Below are positions 11,746-24,670 of a stretch of 64,000 nt of DNA, one piece after another (position 1 is the first letter of the stretch; the number at the start of each line of letters is the position of its first letter). The stretch comes from Octopus sinensis (Eukaryota). Both the position numbers and the translations under genes were made by a program. Under the pieces are notes generated by a model. The model made no database searches. It had not been told where the DNA came from and saw nothing but the letters and a program-made list of their open reading frames with translations. Location of the stretch: NCBI RefSeq assembly GCF_006345805.1, contig NC_043003.1, forward strand, positions 20,274,001 to 20,338,000, read 5' to 3'.

Positions 11746-12620
11746 TTAGTTGACTGCGTTTGCTAATGATTTATGCTGGCTCTATAATATCTAATCACTA
11801 ATTGCCACTTCAGTTTAGGAATTATATCACACATACACTCACTCTCTCTCGCATACACACACTCACACATATATTCATATATATTTGGAAAAACAACAGT
11901 AACCTTATGAAAAACAATGGATATTACTACTACGGCACACTTGTGGTGTAAACATACATTCTTAACAATCTAATGCTTCTGTAATGACAATTTAACAAGT
12001 AATGAAACAATTCACACTTTCTCCGATTATTCAATATAATTTATGCTACGATCACTACTCAATACTTATTACTCTATCAAAAGCAATAATACCCTTAGGA
12101 TTTGTTAATTAGTTGATGAATATAAAGACACTTATGCCTCATCTTTGAATTCTTATGCACAAACACACACGCGCGCCGCGTGCGCACACTTACACTCGTT
12201 CAAAATGGTGGAATTATATCTATAAGTTATATAATTAATTCCTGCTACTTAGCACGAAGTCAGAGAACTTGTTGTGTTAGGTGAAATAATCAATAAATTT
12301 GATTCACTGCCCGCTAACCGCGTCTAATATATAGTACATGACTCGTGTTTAATAAATGCAATTTATATGTGGTTTCTCGATTTGCTAGAATTGACAGCCA
12401 AATCTCGCTTAAATCGCATCATACGTCTTGAAAAATTTAGAAGGGAAAGACGGTATATCTTTCGACGTTTTTAATTTGCCAATGATCCGACCTTGCAGAG
12501 ATTGTACTGGTGACGTACACAGTAACTAATACAAATAGGTCCCATATTATCAGAATTTGCGAAGCATAGTTACTGTGAGACCCAAATCTGTGTTAGGTAT
12601 TTGGGTTCATAATTTACCTT

Positions 12621-12750
12621 AGGAATGAGAACCCAGATTCGAAATTCCCCAAGGCACCTGATGAAGGCTGAAACATTGTGTTAACAACAAACAAGATGAG
12701 GACAAATATCCGTCAAATGTAAATAATGTAAATAATGTACATAATTCCTC
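12621..12750 (+). mobile_element. PLE-like terminal relic with collapsed hammerhead (12654-12681)
   Basis: GCAC-CTGATGA-AGGCT-GAAAC-ATT-GTGT; helix I GCAC/GTGT pairs, helix II has no partner arm. Ends in an AAATAATGT duplication. Confidence 0.5.
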
Positions 12751-12752
12751 AT

Positions 12753-12910
12753 ATGGGGTTCTTTCAGTTTCCGTCTACCAAATCCGCTCACAAGGCTTTA
12801 TTCAGCCCGAGGTTATAAGAGAAAGCAGTTACCCAAGGTGCCACGCAGTGGAACTGAACCCGGAACCATCTGGTTGGGAAGCAAGCTTCTTACCACATAG
12901 TCACGCGTGC
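12753..12910 (-). mobile_element. SINE family B, 5' half
   Basis: TTCTTTCAGTTTCCGTCTACCAAATCC..GAACCCGGAACC. Confidence 0.85.
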
Positions 12911-13166
12911 GCGTATATATACACATGAAGAATATATTACAATATTTAATGTATTATAAGCAGTATTGGTAAGAATCAACGCAGATATTCTGGTTTATGA
13001 TGAATTTATGGATTTATCACATTCACTACTGGTTTATGTGAGATCTTATAAATATATTATTCTCACCGTTTTTAATGTCACAAGATTTAATTCCTGGTAC
13101 AAGGCGTCTTGCAGTTTGCTACTAATCTTACGAAACCAAGGACATTCACATCACATTTCTTCCTAG

Positions 13167-13198
<32 letters not shown>

Positions 13199-14299
13199 AT
13201 GTATATGTGTATATAAATACATATATATTACATATATATTACATATATATTGATGTCTGTGTATGCATATGTACATACGTTTGAATGAATATATGTAAGA
13301 TGAATATCTTGTAAGATGCACCGGCTTATAAGATGCACTTCAAGTCTCTTTGCTGAAAAGGAAAAAAAAAAAAATAAAAACAAAATGTTGTTTTTCTCTG
13401 ACATTCGTGGCCAACCCTGCTATGCGGTAACTTGAAGGTTTAATCCTTTCATTTCTGCATGAAACCATACGCTTGCTCATTAAAAACCTTACCCTCGTCG
13501 TTATAATATTTCTAAATTATATACAAATACTTGTTTTATAATTTAGTGCTAAAACAATCGCGAATTTAGATCAGTTTCATAAAACTACTAAAACATTTAT
13601 ATTTATTGATATATTAAAATAGTGTTTCGTGCATAACAGCTTCTTGCATAAATTTATTACGGAATTTTCCCCCCTCAGTATATACAAATTATTGATAAGT
13701 ACAAATGAAATCTGAAACAAGTTATGTAAATTTTGTGTGAATATCACCAAATAAAATGAGATGTAAGCCAGTGATATACTACATTATATAATATAACATA
13801 TAATAAAATACTATAATAGAATATAACATATATTATGTGATATATAATATCATGTTATATTAAGACACAATATTTTATTATATTTCTTTCTAATTTTCGA
13901 TTATCATTCTATTTTATGGTAAAATGCCCTAATTCCACTCAGTTTGCCTTCAGCTTTGATTTTGTTTACATTTTGCAGTATTTCATCTCAGCCGTTATTA
14001 TAAGGAACCCTTGAAGAGTAATAAACAAAAATTTTAGATAATAGGCTTTGGGCTTTGGGTCATGAAAATAACTGAATAAATCCAGCTTTTTCTGAAACCT
14101 TGGGAGAGTAATATAATTAAAACACAGGTAGTGTATCTAGCGTCACAGCTATTACAAAGTAGCGAACCATTTCATCCTAATATGAAGAAGCATCAGAAAT
14201 TTGAAATTGAAATCAAGGAATTATAAGGGGAAAAAAATGATAAAACTCACATATACTTCATATGAAAGCTTCCTATTCTATTCTTTTTTTTCAGAATAT

Positions 14300-14980
14300 C
14301 ATGACTTCTCTTGCGCTGTTTGATTTTGTTTACAAACTTGTGAATTGAATCATCCAGTTCATAGTCTACTACGTGTTACGCTTGGTACAATTTCTATTTG
14401 CTACTTTAAAAAATTATTCAGATTCAGATTGTTATTATTATAATCTTCGATTATAGATTTGTATGTAATTTTCTTTTCACAAAGGATAGGACGCTACATA
14501 AATAAAAGTTGAAAAAGATTTGGGAAAATATAAATTTTCGGAAAGCAAAATTTTCGTCTTAAAAATGTCGGACTGTGTTCTGCATCATTTATTTATCAAC
14601 GTTCAACATCATAATTTAAAGCTGTTTTTAGATTTTGTATTCAACATAAAACTGATAAAATATTGAAGCTTTCTATTTAATAATTATAAAAGCTAACAAC
14701 ATCGTAATTAATGGTCGTTCACATTCTCAATTTTCCAGAGTCATGAAGTGTCTTGAAATCACAGTAATAGCCTTGATAGGAAAGGTCAATTTCTCTGTCC
14801 TTAAGCTTATTGCTAATGTTGCAAGTTTGAATGATGTTTGGATGAGATTAAATCGAATATTAAAGGGATTTTTAAAAACTCCGTTTTATCAGGATGCTAA
14901 ACGTTTTCTTGACAATAGTAAACCTGAGATCACACTGGCTCTTGATACTCTCAGAAGGTGTTACATTTTGTGTGAGTGCT
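14300..14980 (-). pseudogene. Possible hAT-like transposase relic
   Basis: Only scattered similarity (FPNL, DDSIHKFV..RKR) in heavily interrupted frames. Confidence 0.25.
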
Positions 14981-15239
14981 GCCTTGTTGTTTGCTCTATT
15001 AACAAACTGTAGTTAACATTGTTGTTAGGGAAGGGCTGGATATACCGTTGCACAAATGTTTATCGAAGTAGGTTATCGAAGAAGGCAGAAATTTATGTCC
15101 ACAAGTCAACTGCTCTATCTCCAACTTAGAATTTACCTCCATACTGTTATGTCGATGCTCCCGGACGATGATATAGGCTAGCTCAATACGTAGATATAGA
15201 GGGAGAATTCTAGACGTCGAGAGTTGAGTAGAGGTCATC

Positions 15240-15510
15240 CGAACGTGTGATATAACACATACTTATGTTGTGTATAGGATTCAGGTCTAACGGATATTAT
15301 ATAACGGCATGATTATATATCTGAATTAAAGAACTAGGCACACGCGCATAAGTTTTCAAAGATCATCTTGAAAGAAGCAGCTCATAATCAAGGAGACCGT
15401 AGTTTTCATTAAAGCCATAAACCGCAATGCGGGTAACCTAAGGAAAAAAGAAGCCAATCTCATAAAACAACTACCGGCAATTAACAATCATCCAGAAATT
15501 AACAATTTCT
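15240..15510 (+). pseudogene. Probable PLE GIY-YIG relic
   Basis: VVYRIQ..ILYNG..NAGNLRKKEANLIKQLPAINN, with stops; resembles VY..YIG..R..EA..I..P.LN. Confidence 0.4.
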
Positions 15511-16329
15511 AGTGCATGCTATAAATGGTGACTCCATATCGCCAGCATGGCGGCAGTCAAATGACTGAAACAAATAAAAGAATAAAAGAATAAAAGAAAT
15601 CCCTCACACGCTTTGAGCCAGTTCTCTTTTGCATGCATTAATCATTGTTATTCTGATAGCACGGGAAACACAATCCACTACCGCAAATTCTACGTTTCTA
15701 CACACGTCAATTCTTCACGCCAAACAGCATGGAAATGTATCTTATATCACCTTCTTCCTCCTTAAAGCCTTTCTTAAGGATTTTTAACACGAAATACTCC
15801 CCAAAATCAAATATTTGTTGGTAATAATTCAATATCTGCGTTATTGCTATTTTCGATATTTAATGTTCGATCCGCAATTCACTCGCCTTCTATACAACAC
15901 CGATTCTCTTTTCCTTTCTCTTTCCATTTCTTTCTCTCTCCTCCTCTCTCTTTGGCGCTCTGTTGCACTAAAATAAATCTATTCTTCAATGTCTACATAT
16001 AAATATATAAAATAATAAAAAAATGCCTAAATGATAGAAATGTAAAGGAGAATATATATTTACATAAACAGTAATACATACACAGCGTGTACTTATATTT
16101 ACGTGCTTGTACGTATGTATGACAAACTGAATACATATGTATATGCACACACACTAACACACACACACACACACACACACATACACACACACACACAGAC
16201 ACACACGCACATATATATATTCCGATATGCACACACAGACGTTACACACAAACATATTCCTTTGTAGACATATATATATATTATATTGTAAATACACACT
16301 TACAATAAATGTATTCATAAGTACTTATT

Positions 16330-16398
16330 ATATGCATATCTACACATAAATATATATATACACATATCTATATATATATATGTGAATATATGTATGGG

Positions 16399-16441
<43 letters not shown>

Positions 16442-16589
16442 TATATATGCACACATATACATACATACTACATACATATATACATATATATATACATATA
16501 TATAAGCACACATATATATGTGAATACATATACATACATACATATATACATATATAATATACATATATATATATATATATAATATATAT

Positions 16590-16680
<91 letters not shown>
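16330..16680. repeat. Compound (TA)n microsatellite
   Basis: Direct inspection. Confidence 0.97.
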
Positions 16681-16682
<2 letters not shown>

Positions 16683-17040
16683 TTGCTATTTTCTATTCAA
16701 GTGGGATTGCTTATATTGTGCGTCCTCATTTATCGGTCCGTGCATATGCGTGACAATCTATTATTAGGTATTTATGATAAATTAAAATTAACAGACTCTA
16801 CCCATACATTACAAGCTTGAATGGCGGTATGTGGTTGCGTTATATGTAGATATACATATTCTATTGCTCATTAAATTTATTATGTGTGTATTTAATGGAC
16901 GCTTTGTCCCTATATATGTATATTACATAAAGGAATAACAATCAATGTGGATAAAATTAGCTACATATATTTGTAAGGCGTATCTGAGCGAATGATTACA
17001 CATACATTTATTTATATATATGTGCGGTGTGTGTGTGTTG

Positions 17041-17075
<35 letters not shown>

Positions 17076-17817
17076 TACATTCATATATATAAACATATAT
17101 ATATAATATATATATATATATGAATGTAATATATATATATATATATATATATATACAACATTTATATATATGTTCAAATGTATATATAATATATATTACA
17201 TACACATATGTATGTGCCCTACAATATGCACATATATGTATGTGCATTGCTTGTATCTCTATGTGAGTTTCATACACTTGTACATGTATATATTTTAGTT
17301 AAGTGATATCTATGAATCCAAGTGTGCATATATATGTATGTATATGAGCCTTGGTGTGTGTGTATGTGTGTGGAGAGGAAGAAGAGAGAGTGAGCGATAC
17401 ATTTATGCACAGATACATAAATGCATGATATATATATATATATATATTATATTTGTACATACTTATGTATGCATATATATATATATATATTATATATATA
17501 ATATATATATATGAATTATATATGAATATATATATGAATATATATACATACATATATATATCTTAATGTGTGTATGAATGTCTACGTGTATGCGTGCGTG
17601 TGTGTGCGTGTATCTCTGTTTATTGGTGTGTGCATATGTAAGAGATTCTATGTATTAGGGTGTGGGAAATACACGAGGGAGTCGACAGAACGTCGGACAA
17701 TAACTGTCAGCCAATTTAAATGAAGACAAAACTCTAAGCGAAACGAAAATATTCTGCTTTAATAAATTCATCTGAAAGGAATAATGAGATTTAAATAGTT
17801 CGTTGAATGGTTTCTAG

Positions 17818-17940
17818 ATGTTGGACAAATGGACCTAGAAATAAACTCGTCAATAGCAATGGTGGGGAGCGGGGCGGAAACGGTCCCTTTAGGATTCATT
17901 GAAACAACAGATGAAACCAACGACGCAGCCACGCTGGCAG
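17818..17940 (+). CDS. Candidate 123-nt exon, phase 1-1 (plus strand)
   Basis: TTTCTAG| acceptor and CAG|GTGAAC donor; GC-richer island; VGQMDLEINSSIAMVGSGAETVPLGFIETTDETNDAATLA. Confidence 0.25.
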
Positions 17941-18062
17941 GTGAACGTGCATACACACATGCGTCCTTCGTGTATATATACGAACATTCATATCTAGCAT
18001 GTGTAAACGTGTGACGGTGTATCTATGTGTGTGTGTGTGCTTGCGTATAGACATGCATATCA

Positions 18063-18194
18063 TATGCCGAACTGCTAAGTTACGGGGACGCAAACACACC
18101 AACAATGGTTGTCAAGCAGTGGTGGGGGACAAACACAGGCACAAAGACATGCACTTACATACATCCATACATACATACATACATACATACATAC

Positions 18195-18225
<31 letters not shown>

Positions 18226-18455
18226 TATTTATATATTTATATATATACTCTTTGCTCTTTTACTCTTTTGCTTGTTTCAGTCATTTGACTGCGGCCATGC
18301 TGGAGCACCGCCTTTAGTCGAGCAAATCGACCCCAGGAATTACTCTTTGTAAGCCTAGTACTTATTCTATCGACCTCTTTTTGCCGAACCGCTAGATTAC
18401 GCGGACACGTCAAGCGATGTTGGGGGGGGGGCAAACACAGACACACAAACATACA

Positions 18456-18494
<39 letters not shown>

Positions 18495-18664
18495 TATTAC
18501 AACGGGCTTCTTTCAGTTTTTGTCTACCAAATCCACTTACAAGGTTTTGGTCGGCCCGAGGCTATAGCAGAAGAAACTTGCCTAAGGTGCTACATAGTTG
18601 AACTGAACCGGGAATTATGTGGTTGGGAAGCAAGCTTCTTACCACACAACCACGCCTGCGCCTA
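18063..18664 (-). mobile_element. SINE family B: internal fragment (18063-18235) plus full copy (18250-18664)
   Basis: Shared GCCGAACCGCT(A)AG and head motifs. Confidence 0.85.
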
Positions 18665-19200
18665 TGTATAAGTGTGTGTTTGTGTGTGTGTAATTGTGTG
18701 TGAGTATATACATATACATGTGTCTAGTTGTATGAGTGGTTTATATACATATATTGGATGTATGTGAATATTCATGCATACACACACACACGCAACATAT
18801 AAACGTTACATATACATATATATATATATGTATATATGTATATATATGTATGTGTGTGTGTGTGTGTGTATGCGTGTGTATGCGCGCGTGTGCATGTGTA
18901 TGTGCGTATGTTTGTGATCATTTCTTGAAAATATTTACATCAAGTACGTTAATTACTTCGATATTCTCGTATCGTGCTCGTTCTAAAAAACAGACAAATA
19001 ATTACATTTAATTGTTTTTCTATTGATTATCCTCATTTAAATAATTCGTGAAGAAAATCTTTGATATCTAAATTGTGTCACCAAATCTCTGAGTGCAGAA
19101 TGTATACGTCAGAATATCGTATGTATTTTTTCATGCTCTTATGCTTTTATGCGTGTCAGCCCACAATTTGTAACCATGCTCGGCCACCGTTAGTATTATC

Positions 19201-19434
19201 TCATTTTTTAGTGTCTATTTGTCTTGCGGTTGGCTTTTGGTGAAAGAGGGAGTTTGATAATGATTCACTCTTTTGAGTTCCTTGTCGTAGTGTAGGTTCG
19301 TCTTGGATTCTGGACAGCAGAAGGTCAAGTTGTTTCTCGGAATCTTCTACCACCACTCCATGTAGATCTCTTAGGTATTTTGGCAAGATATCAAATAGCC
19401 GTGGGTTTCTGAATTCCAAGCTATTGCAGTACAT
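19201..19434 (-). mobile_element. CR1/L2-group LINE 3' end fragment
   Basis: NSLEFRNPRLFDILPKYLRDLHG..QLDLLLSRIQDEP..SNSLFHQ, a typical C-terminus. Confidence 0.75.
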
Positions 19435-19585
19435 GGTTATGACTCTACCGAATCGCTAAATTACAGGGACGTTGTCAAGCGACTGGAGAAGTGACAAACA
19501 TAAGGAAAAAGAGGAAAGAGTGCGACAGAATGCGGGACCACATGGTTAGGGAGCAAACTTCTTACTACACAGACATACTATTGGT

Positions 19586-19624
<39 letters not shown>

Positions 19625-19629
19625 CAAGT

Positions 19630-19790
19630 GTATGCCGGTGATTTGTCCGGGACAGGTTGGAGGAATTTGTCCAAAGACTTCTTGAATTTTGTGTGGTCAG
19701 TATCTGTTTTGACGTGTCCTGTTGTAATGCTGACGAGAGCGGGGCCAATTGAGGTGAAATAATTGTGCCGTATGGTTGTTATGAGATACT
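19630..19790 (-). mobile_element. Second CR1/L2-group LINE 3' fragment
   Basis: [26 protein letters not shown]. Confidence 0.65.
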
Positions 19791-19869
19791 TATATACATC
19801 TATATATATATATGCACATACAAATATGCATATATATATGCATATATATACGTATATATATATGTATAT

Positions 19870-19923
<54 letters not shown>

Positions 19924-19926
<3 letters not shown>

Positions 19927-20318
19927 GGCGCAGGAGTGACTATAGGCGCAGGAGTGGCTGTGTGGTAAGTAGCTTGCTAACCAACCACATGGTTCCGGGT
20001 TCAGTCCCACTGCGTGGCAACTTGGGCAAGTGTCTTCTGCTATAGCCCCGGGCTGACCAATGCCTTGTGAGTGGATTTGGTAGAGGGAAACTGAAAGAAG
20101 CCTGTCGTATATATGTATATATAGGTATATATGTGTATGTGTGTGTGTTTGTGTGTGTGTGTGTTTGGCCCCCCTAGCATTGCTTGACAACCGATGCTGG
20201 TGTGTTTACGTCCCCGTAACTTAGCGGTTCGGCAAAAGAGACCGATAGAATAAGTACTGGGCTTACAAAGAATAAGTCCTGGGGTCGATTTGCTCGACTA
20301 AAGGCGGTGCTCCAGCAT
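19924..20318 (+). mobile_element. SINE family B, with duplicated 5' start
   Basis: ATAGGCGCAGGAGTG occurs twice (18-bp period), then the full body. Confidence 0.9.
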
Positions 20319-20369
20319 TTGGTATTGCTTTGGAATAGTATTATAACAATTTCTTTTGATATATATATA

Positions 20370-20426
<57 letters not shown>

Positions 20427-20859
20427 ATATATATTTATAGACACACACGCATGTATGTATGCATATATGTATGTATGCTTCTATAAATATGTATGTTCAT
20501 ATATATGATGTCTGTTTATAAGTATGTATGTATGTATGTATGTATGTATGTATATTTTCAATCGTAACTGATTTTTAATTTCTATTGTTCGATTTGCTAT
20601 TGATCTGTTTTAACACCTGCATAGCGTTTTTCTATTTTCTTCTTTTCTGTTTTAATTCGTAATATTCTAGGAAAAAGTTTGATTTCAAAATGGAGCGTAT
20701 CAGACAACTCGCTTGATGTAATTAGCCGTTTGTTTTTTGCTTGTGGTTTGTGTAGAATCTGTTCGAATTTTCTGGTTTTATGTTACTTTTTTTAATTAAC
20801 ATTGTGTTAATTAAATTTCATTTCTGTGAGGTCGTGTTTTTATTGCTGTTGTTTTTGTC

Positions 20860-20869
20860 AGTAGTGATG

Positions 20870-20921
<52 letters not shown>

Positions 20922-21135
20922 CGGTGGTGGTGGTGGTCATGTTGGTAGTAGTAGTTGTGGTAATAATAGTGGTGTGGTGGTAGTAGTAGTGGTCTGGTAG
21001 TGGCATTAGTAATAGTAGAAATGGTGGTGGTAGTAAATGTAATAGAAATGAGTAGGGTAACAGTAGTAGTAATGGTGTTGGTGTTGGTGTGGTTGGTAGT
21101 AGTATTTGTCATCATAGAAGTAGTAGTAGTAGTAA
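20860..21135. repeat. Compound (TAG)n/(GTG)n trinucleotide array
   Basis: Direct inspection. Confidence 0.95.
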
Positions 21136-21149
21136 CAGCAGCATTAACA

Positions 21150-21740
21150 TCTGGGGGCCAAACACAGACACACAAACATATACATACACGCACACGCACA
21201 CACACATACACACATATATATATATAATTATATAATTATATATATAATATATATATATATATATAATATATATATATATTATATATTTATATTATATAGA
21301 GGGTACTATTATTCATAGGTACCGCACGCTAAGAGGGACTCTTGCAGTCAAAACTACTAAAATAAACAAATTGTAGTAGTTTTGACTGCAAGAGTCCCTC
21401 CTAGCGTGCGGTACCTATGAATAATAGTACCCTCTATATAATATAAATATATATTTTCAAAGTGGAAAAATTTACAGATTTTTTCTCTTACGAGGTTTTT
21501 CACGCTAACTACTGATAATTTCTTATAAATATTTTATCCTTAATTTTAAATTTATATATATATATATATATATATTATACGACGGCCTTTCAGTTTTCAT
21601 CTGCCAAATCCACTCACAAGGTTTTGGCCGGCCCGAGGCTATAGTAGAAGACACTTGCGCCCAATATTCCACGCAGTGGGACTGAACCCAGGACCATGCG
21701 GTTGGTAAGAAAGCTTCTTACCATACAGCCACTCTTGCGC
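21150..21740 (-). mobile_element. SINE family B interrupted in its (TA)n core by a palindromic insert
   Basis: B central part at 21150-21215, B 5' half at 21578-21740. Confidence 0.8.
21280..21453. repeat. Near-perfect palindrome: 80-bp arms, 14-nt loop, 1 mismatch
   Basis: 21280-21359 is the reverse complement of 21374-21453, with one A/G difference. Sits in the (TA)n core of a SINE B copy. Confidence 0.95.
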
Positions 21741-22764
21741 CGTTTAAATAATTTGTATGATACAGAAACATAACCGAATTATTGCAAACAAACTTCAGCA
21801 ACAAAGTCTTACATGGACTTCCAATGGTCATAAGGCTCCTGTTTGAGAAGCAATGTAGGCCTATTAGGCTTAGGGTTAAAGTGACTCAAGCTTTGATGGA
21901 ATCGTTTTTCCTTTTTGGCAGTCATCGTATGTCTAATTTAGTAATATGTAGTTGAGAAGAATGAAATTAAAGTTGACAATTGTGAAATTAAAGAGACACA
22001 GCAAATTTTTACTTCTTCTCTTTAATTTAACTCCTGTCAACTTTTCTCTGAAGAAGGACAATAACCGAAATGGTGAATTTTCTACTCACCACTTTTTGTC
22101 GATTTTACCAAATAATACAAGTCTTGCCGACGAAGACCAACACCGGTCTCTTCAGAGTCTACTTGGTTGTATTTTTAAGTCTGCATCAACTTAGAGACCT
22201 CAATTTAAGGCGGCAAGTTGTTATGTTCTATGGGCGGTTTGGCTACTTTTTCCAGCAGACTGAACGGCCACCTAGATGATCATTTGTTTCAATTGATACA
22301 GATAAGTTATCTCTCAGAAAATGCTTCGTGTTCGTGACAACAATATTCTCCATTTAGCTTCACCACCAGTCTATATCATGCACCATGATTCTGAAACTGA
22401 ACTAGAGCAACATCCACTATTTAGACCTAGTTACATTTCTGCACGCTGTTACTAGCTTAAATCATTGGACGTCGGCCATACTTGGACACCACCTAAAAGG
22501 GTTTAATCGATCATATCTACTCTATATATATTTCAGTCTGGTACATATTTTACCCTCCTCTATTTTCCGAATCGTTATGACTTGTCATTAATCTAATCGT
22601 TTCTACTAGAAACCATTAGAAAGTAGAAAAGAACATAGTTTAAGAGTACAGTAGAATAGAAAGCTTTTACAGGTTGAAGCAATACAATCTACTGTATCGA
22701 TTTGTAACGATTTCTATTGATTTTATATTTTAACAATAACGGGATCTGTTGATTTTTATTCATG

Positions 22765-23185
22765 TATAGGCACAGGAGTGGCTGTGTGGTAAGTAGCTTG
22801 CTTACCAACCACATGATTCCGGGTACAGTCCCACTGCGTGACACCTTGAGCAAGTGTCTTCTACTATAGCCTCGGGTCGTCCAAAGCCTACTGAGTGGAT
22901 TTGGTAGAAGGCAACTGAAAGAAGCCCGTCGTATATTTATGTATATATGTATATATATATATGGGTGTGTGTTTGTGTGTCTGTGTTTTTCCCCCCCACC
23001 AACATCGCTTGACAACCGATGCTGGTGTGTTTACGCCCCCGTAACTTAGCAGTTCGGCAAAAAGAGATCGATAGAATAAGTACTAGGCTTACAAAGAATA
23101 AGTCTTGGGGTCGATTTGCTCGACAAAGCGGTGCTCCGGCATGGCCGGAGTCAAATGACTGGAACAAGTAAAAAAGTAAAAGAGT
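22765..23185 (+). mobile_element. SINE family B, full length
   Basis: AGGAGTGGCTGTGTGG (box A-like), GGGT(A)CAGTCCC (box B-like), central microsatellite, AAAAGAGT tail. Confidence 0.92.
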
Positions 23186-23321
23186 ATATAACGTGTCTTC
23201 TATAGGGTCCTATTATCTGTCTTATCCTTCTACTACCCCGGGCCGAGCAAACCTTATATGAAGATTTCGTTGATGGAAACTGAAAAACTCCGTCATATAC
23301 AATAAAATGTAAGGTAATATA

Positions 23322-23545
23322 CGAGGGGTGTATGAAGAGTCTTGAGCCTCCAAAAACAAAACAAGACTTCTGATGATTTATTTTTCAACATAGTCTCCCC
23401 CTTTGAAGGCTGAACACTGTCTCCAGCGGTGCTGGAGCGTCATTATTTCGGCGTAGAAGAACTCTTTTGTTTGAGATTCCAAGAAACTTCCTACGGCGTC
23501 TATGACGTCATTGTCACTGGCAAAATGGCGAAAATATTTATGTGT
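23322..23545 (-). mobile_element. Mariner 3' end (transposase C-terminus plus TIR)
   Basis: HFASDNDVIDAVGSFLESQ.KEFF..I..L.HRW..C...GDYVEK*; TA-CGAGGGG terminus at 23320-23328. Confidence 0.8.
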
Positions 23546-23569
23546 GTTTGTGTGTGTGCGCGTGCACGC

Positions 23570-23775
23570 GCGTGTTTGGGTTTGTGTTTGGGCGTGTGAC
23601 CTCATTACTTGACAATCAGTGTTGGTTTACTTATGTTCCCGTAACTTTACTGTTCGGGAAAAGAACTTTAGAATAAGAACCACACATTAAAAAAAGTACT
23701 GGGGTTTATTTGTTCAATTAAAAGTATTCAGGGTGGTGCTCCAGCATGATCGTAGAACATCGACGGAAACAAGCA
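23570..23775 (+). mobile_element. SINE family B, diverged 3' half
   Basis: CTTGACAATC..CCGTAACTTT..GGTGCTCCAGCATG. Confidence 0.7.
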
Positions 23776-24266
23776 AAAATTATTAAAAACACAAATAAAA
23801 GGAACACACACCAAAACAAATTAAACAATGTGAAACCACGAACTAGCAAACCGCATATTTCAGAGAACCAATGTAATTTGTAAATTCGAATCTAAACATG
23901 AAAGTGTTAAGCTTTTGTATTGAAGCTGTTTTATCAGATTCACTAATACAAGATTTTGTCGTCGACTGGTCATGCATTGACTACAAAGAGGCATCAAAAC
24001 TTATAATGATACAGTACATGAAATAAAATCGGATGGAAAACATTTGTTGATAGCATTACAGTTTAATATACAATTCTGCTGAAAATTAGAGTAACTATGG
24101 AAACTTCACTAAAAGCAAAATACTAACGAAAACTCAAAGCAGATTTTTCCCTCACACATAAAATAAAGCACGAATATGTGTGGTATGAATTTCAAATTTA
24201 GCACTGACGATTTTATCAGTTATAGCTGTATTCCTATGATGCTTTGCGTTACATTACATATCACGT

Positions 24267-24670
24267 GGTCTGACTGACCGTTAGGGCACCATTGGTGACC
24301 TTGCAACCAGATCCCTCCACCCATCTCTGTCTTCTGCCTCTCGCTCTGCATCTCTCATCTTTAGGCCTGTCCACTTACAGATGTTGTTTCCCCATCTCTT
24401 TGTTTGTATCTGTGTCTGCTAACTTTGATTCTTCCTTGAAGTATTGTTTGACCATCCCCGAAGAGCGGGTGACATGCCCAAGCCACCTGAGCTTGCATTT
24501 GTTTACTGTAAGAAGTTCCTTATAGGGTCCTATAGTCTGCCTTATCCTTCTTTTCACTCCCTCATTTGTGATACGATCTCTGTATGATATTCCCCAAAGT
24601 CTCCAGAAACATTTCATCTCCGTAGCTTGGATTCGTCTTTCGATTTCTGCTGTCAGTGTCCATATCTCAC
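24267..24670 (-). mobile_element. RTE-clade LINE 3' end
   Basis: WTLTAEIERRIQATEMKC.WRL.GISYRDRITNE.V..KLRWLGHVTR; short (GTCA)n tail at 24267-24279. Confidence 0.85.

Noticed and set aside
11103-11753. Long ORFs rich in YI/CV/HT/YM repeats (also 16-17, 27-31, 42-43, 46-49, 53, 58 and 61 kb)
   Set aside because: They are translations of (TA)n, (TG)n, (CA)n and (TATG)n microsatellites, which lack stops in some frames.
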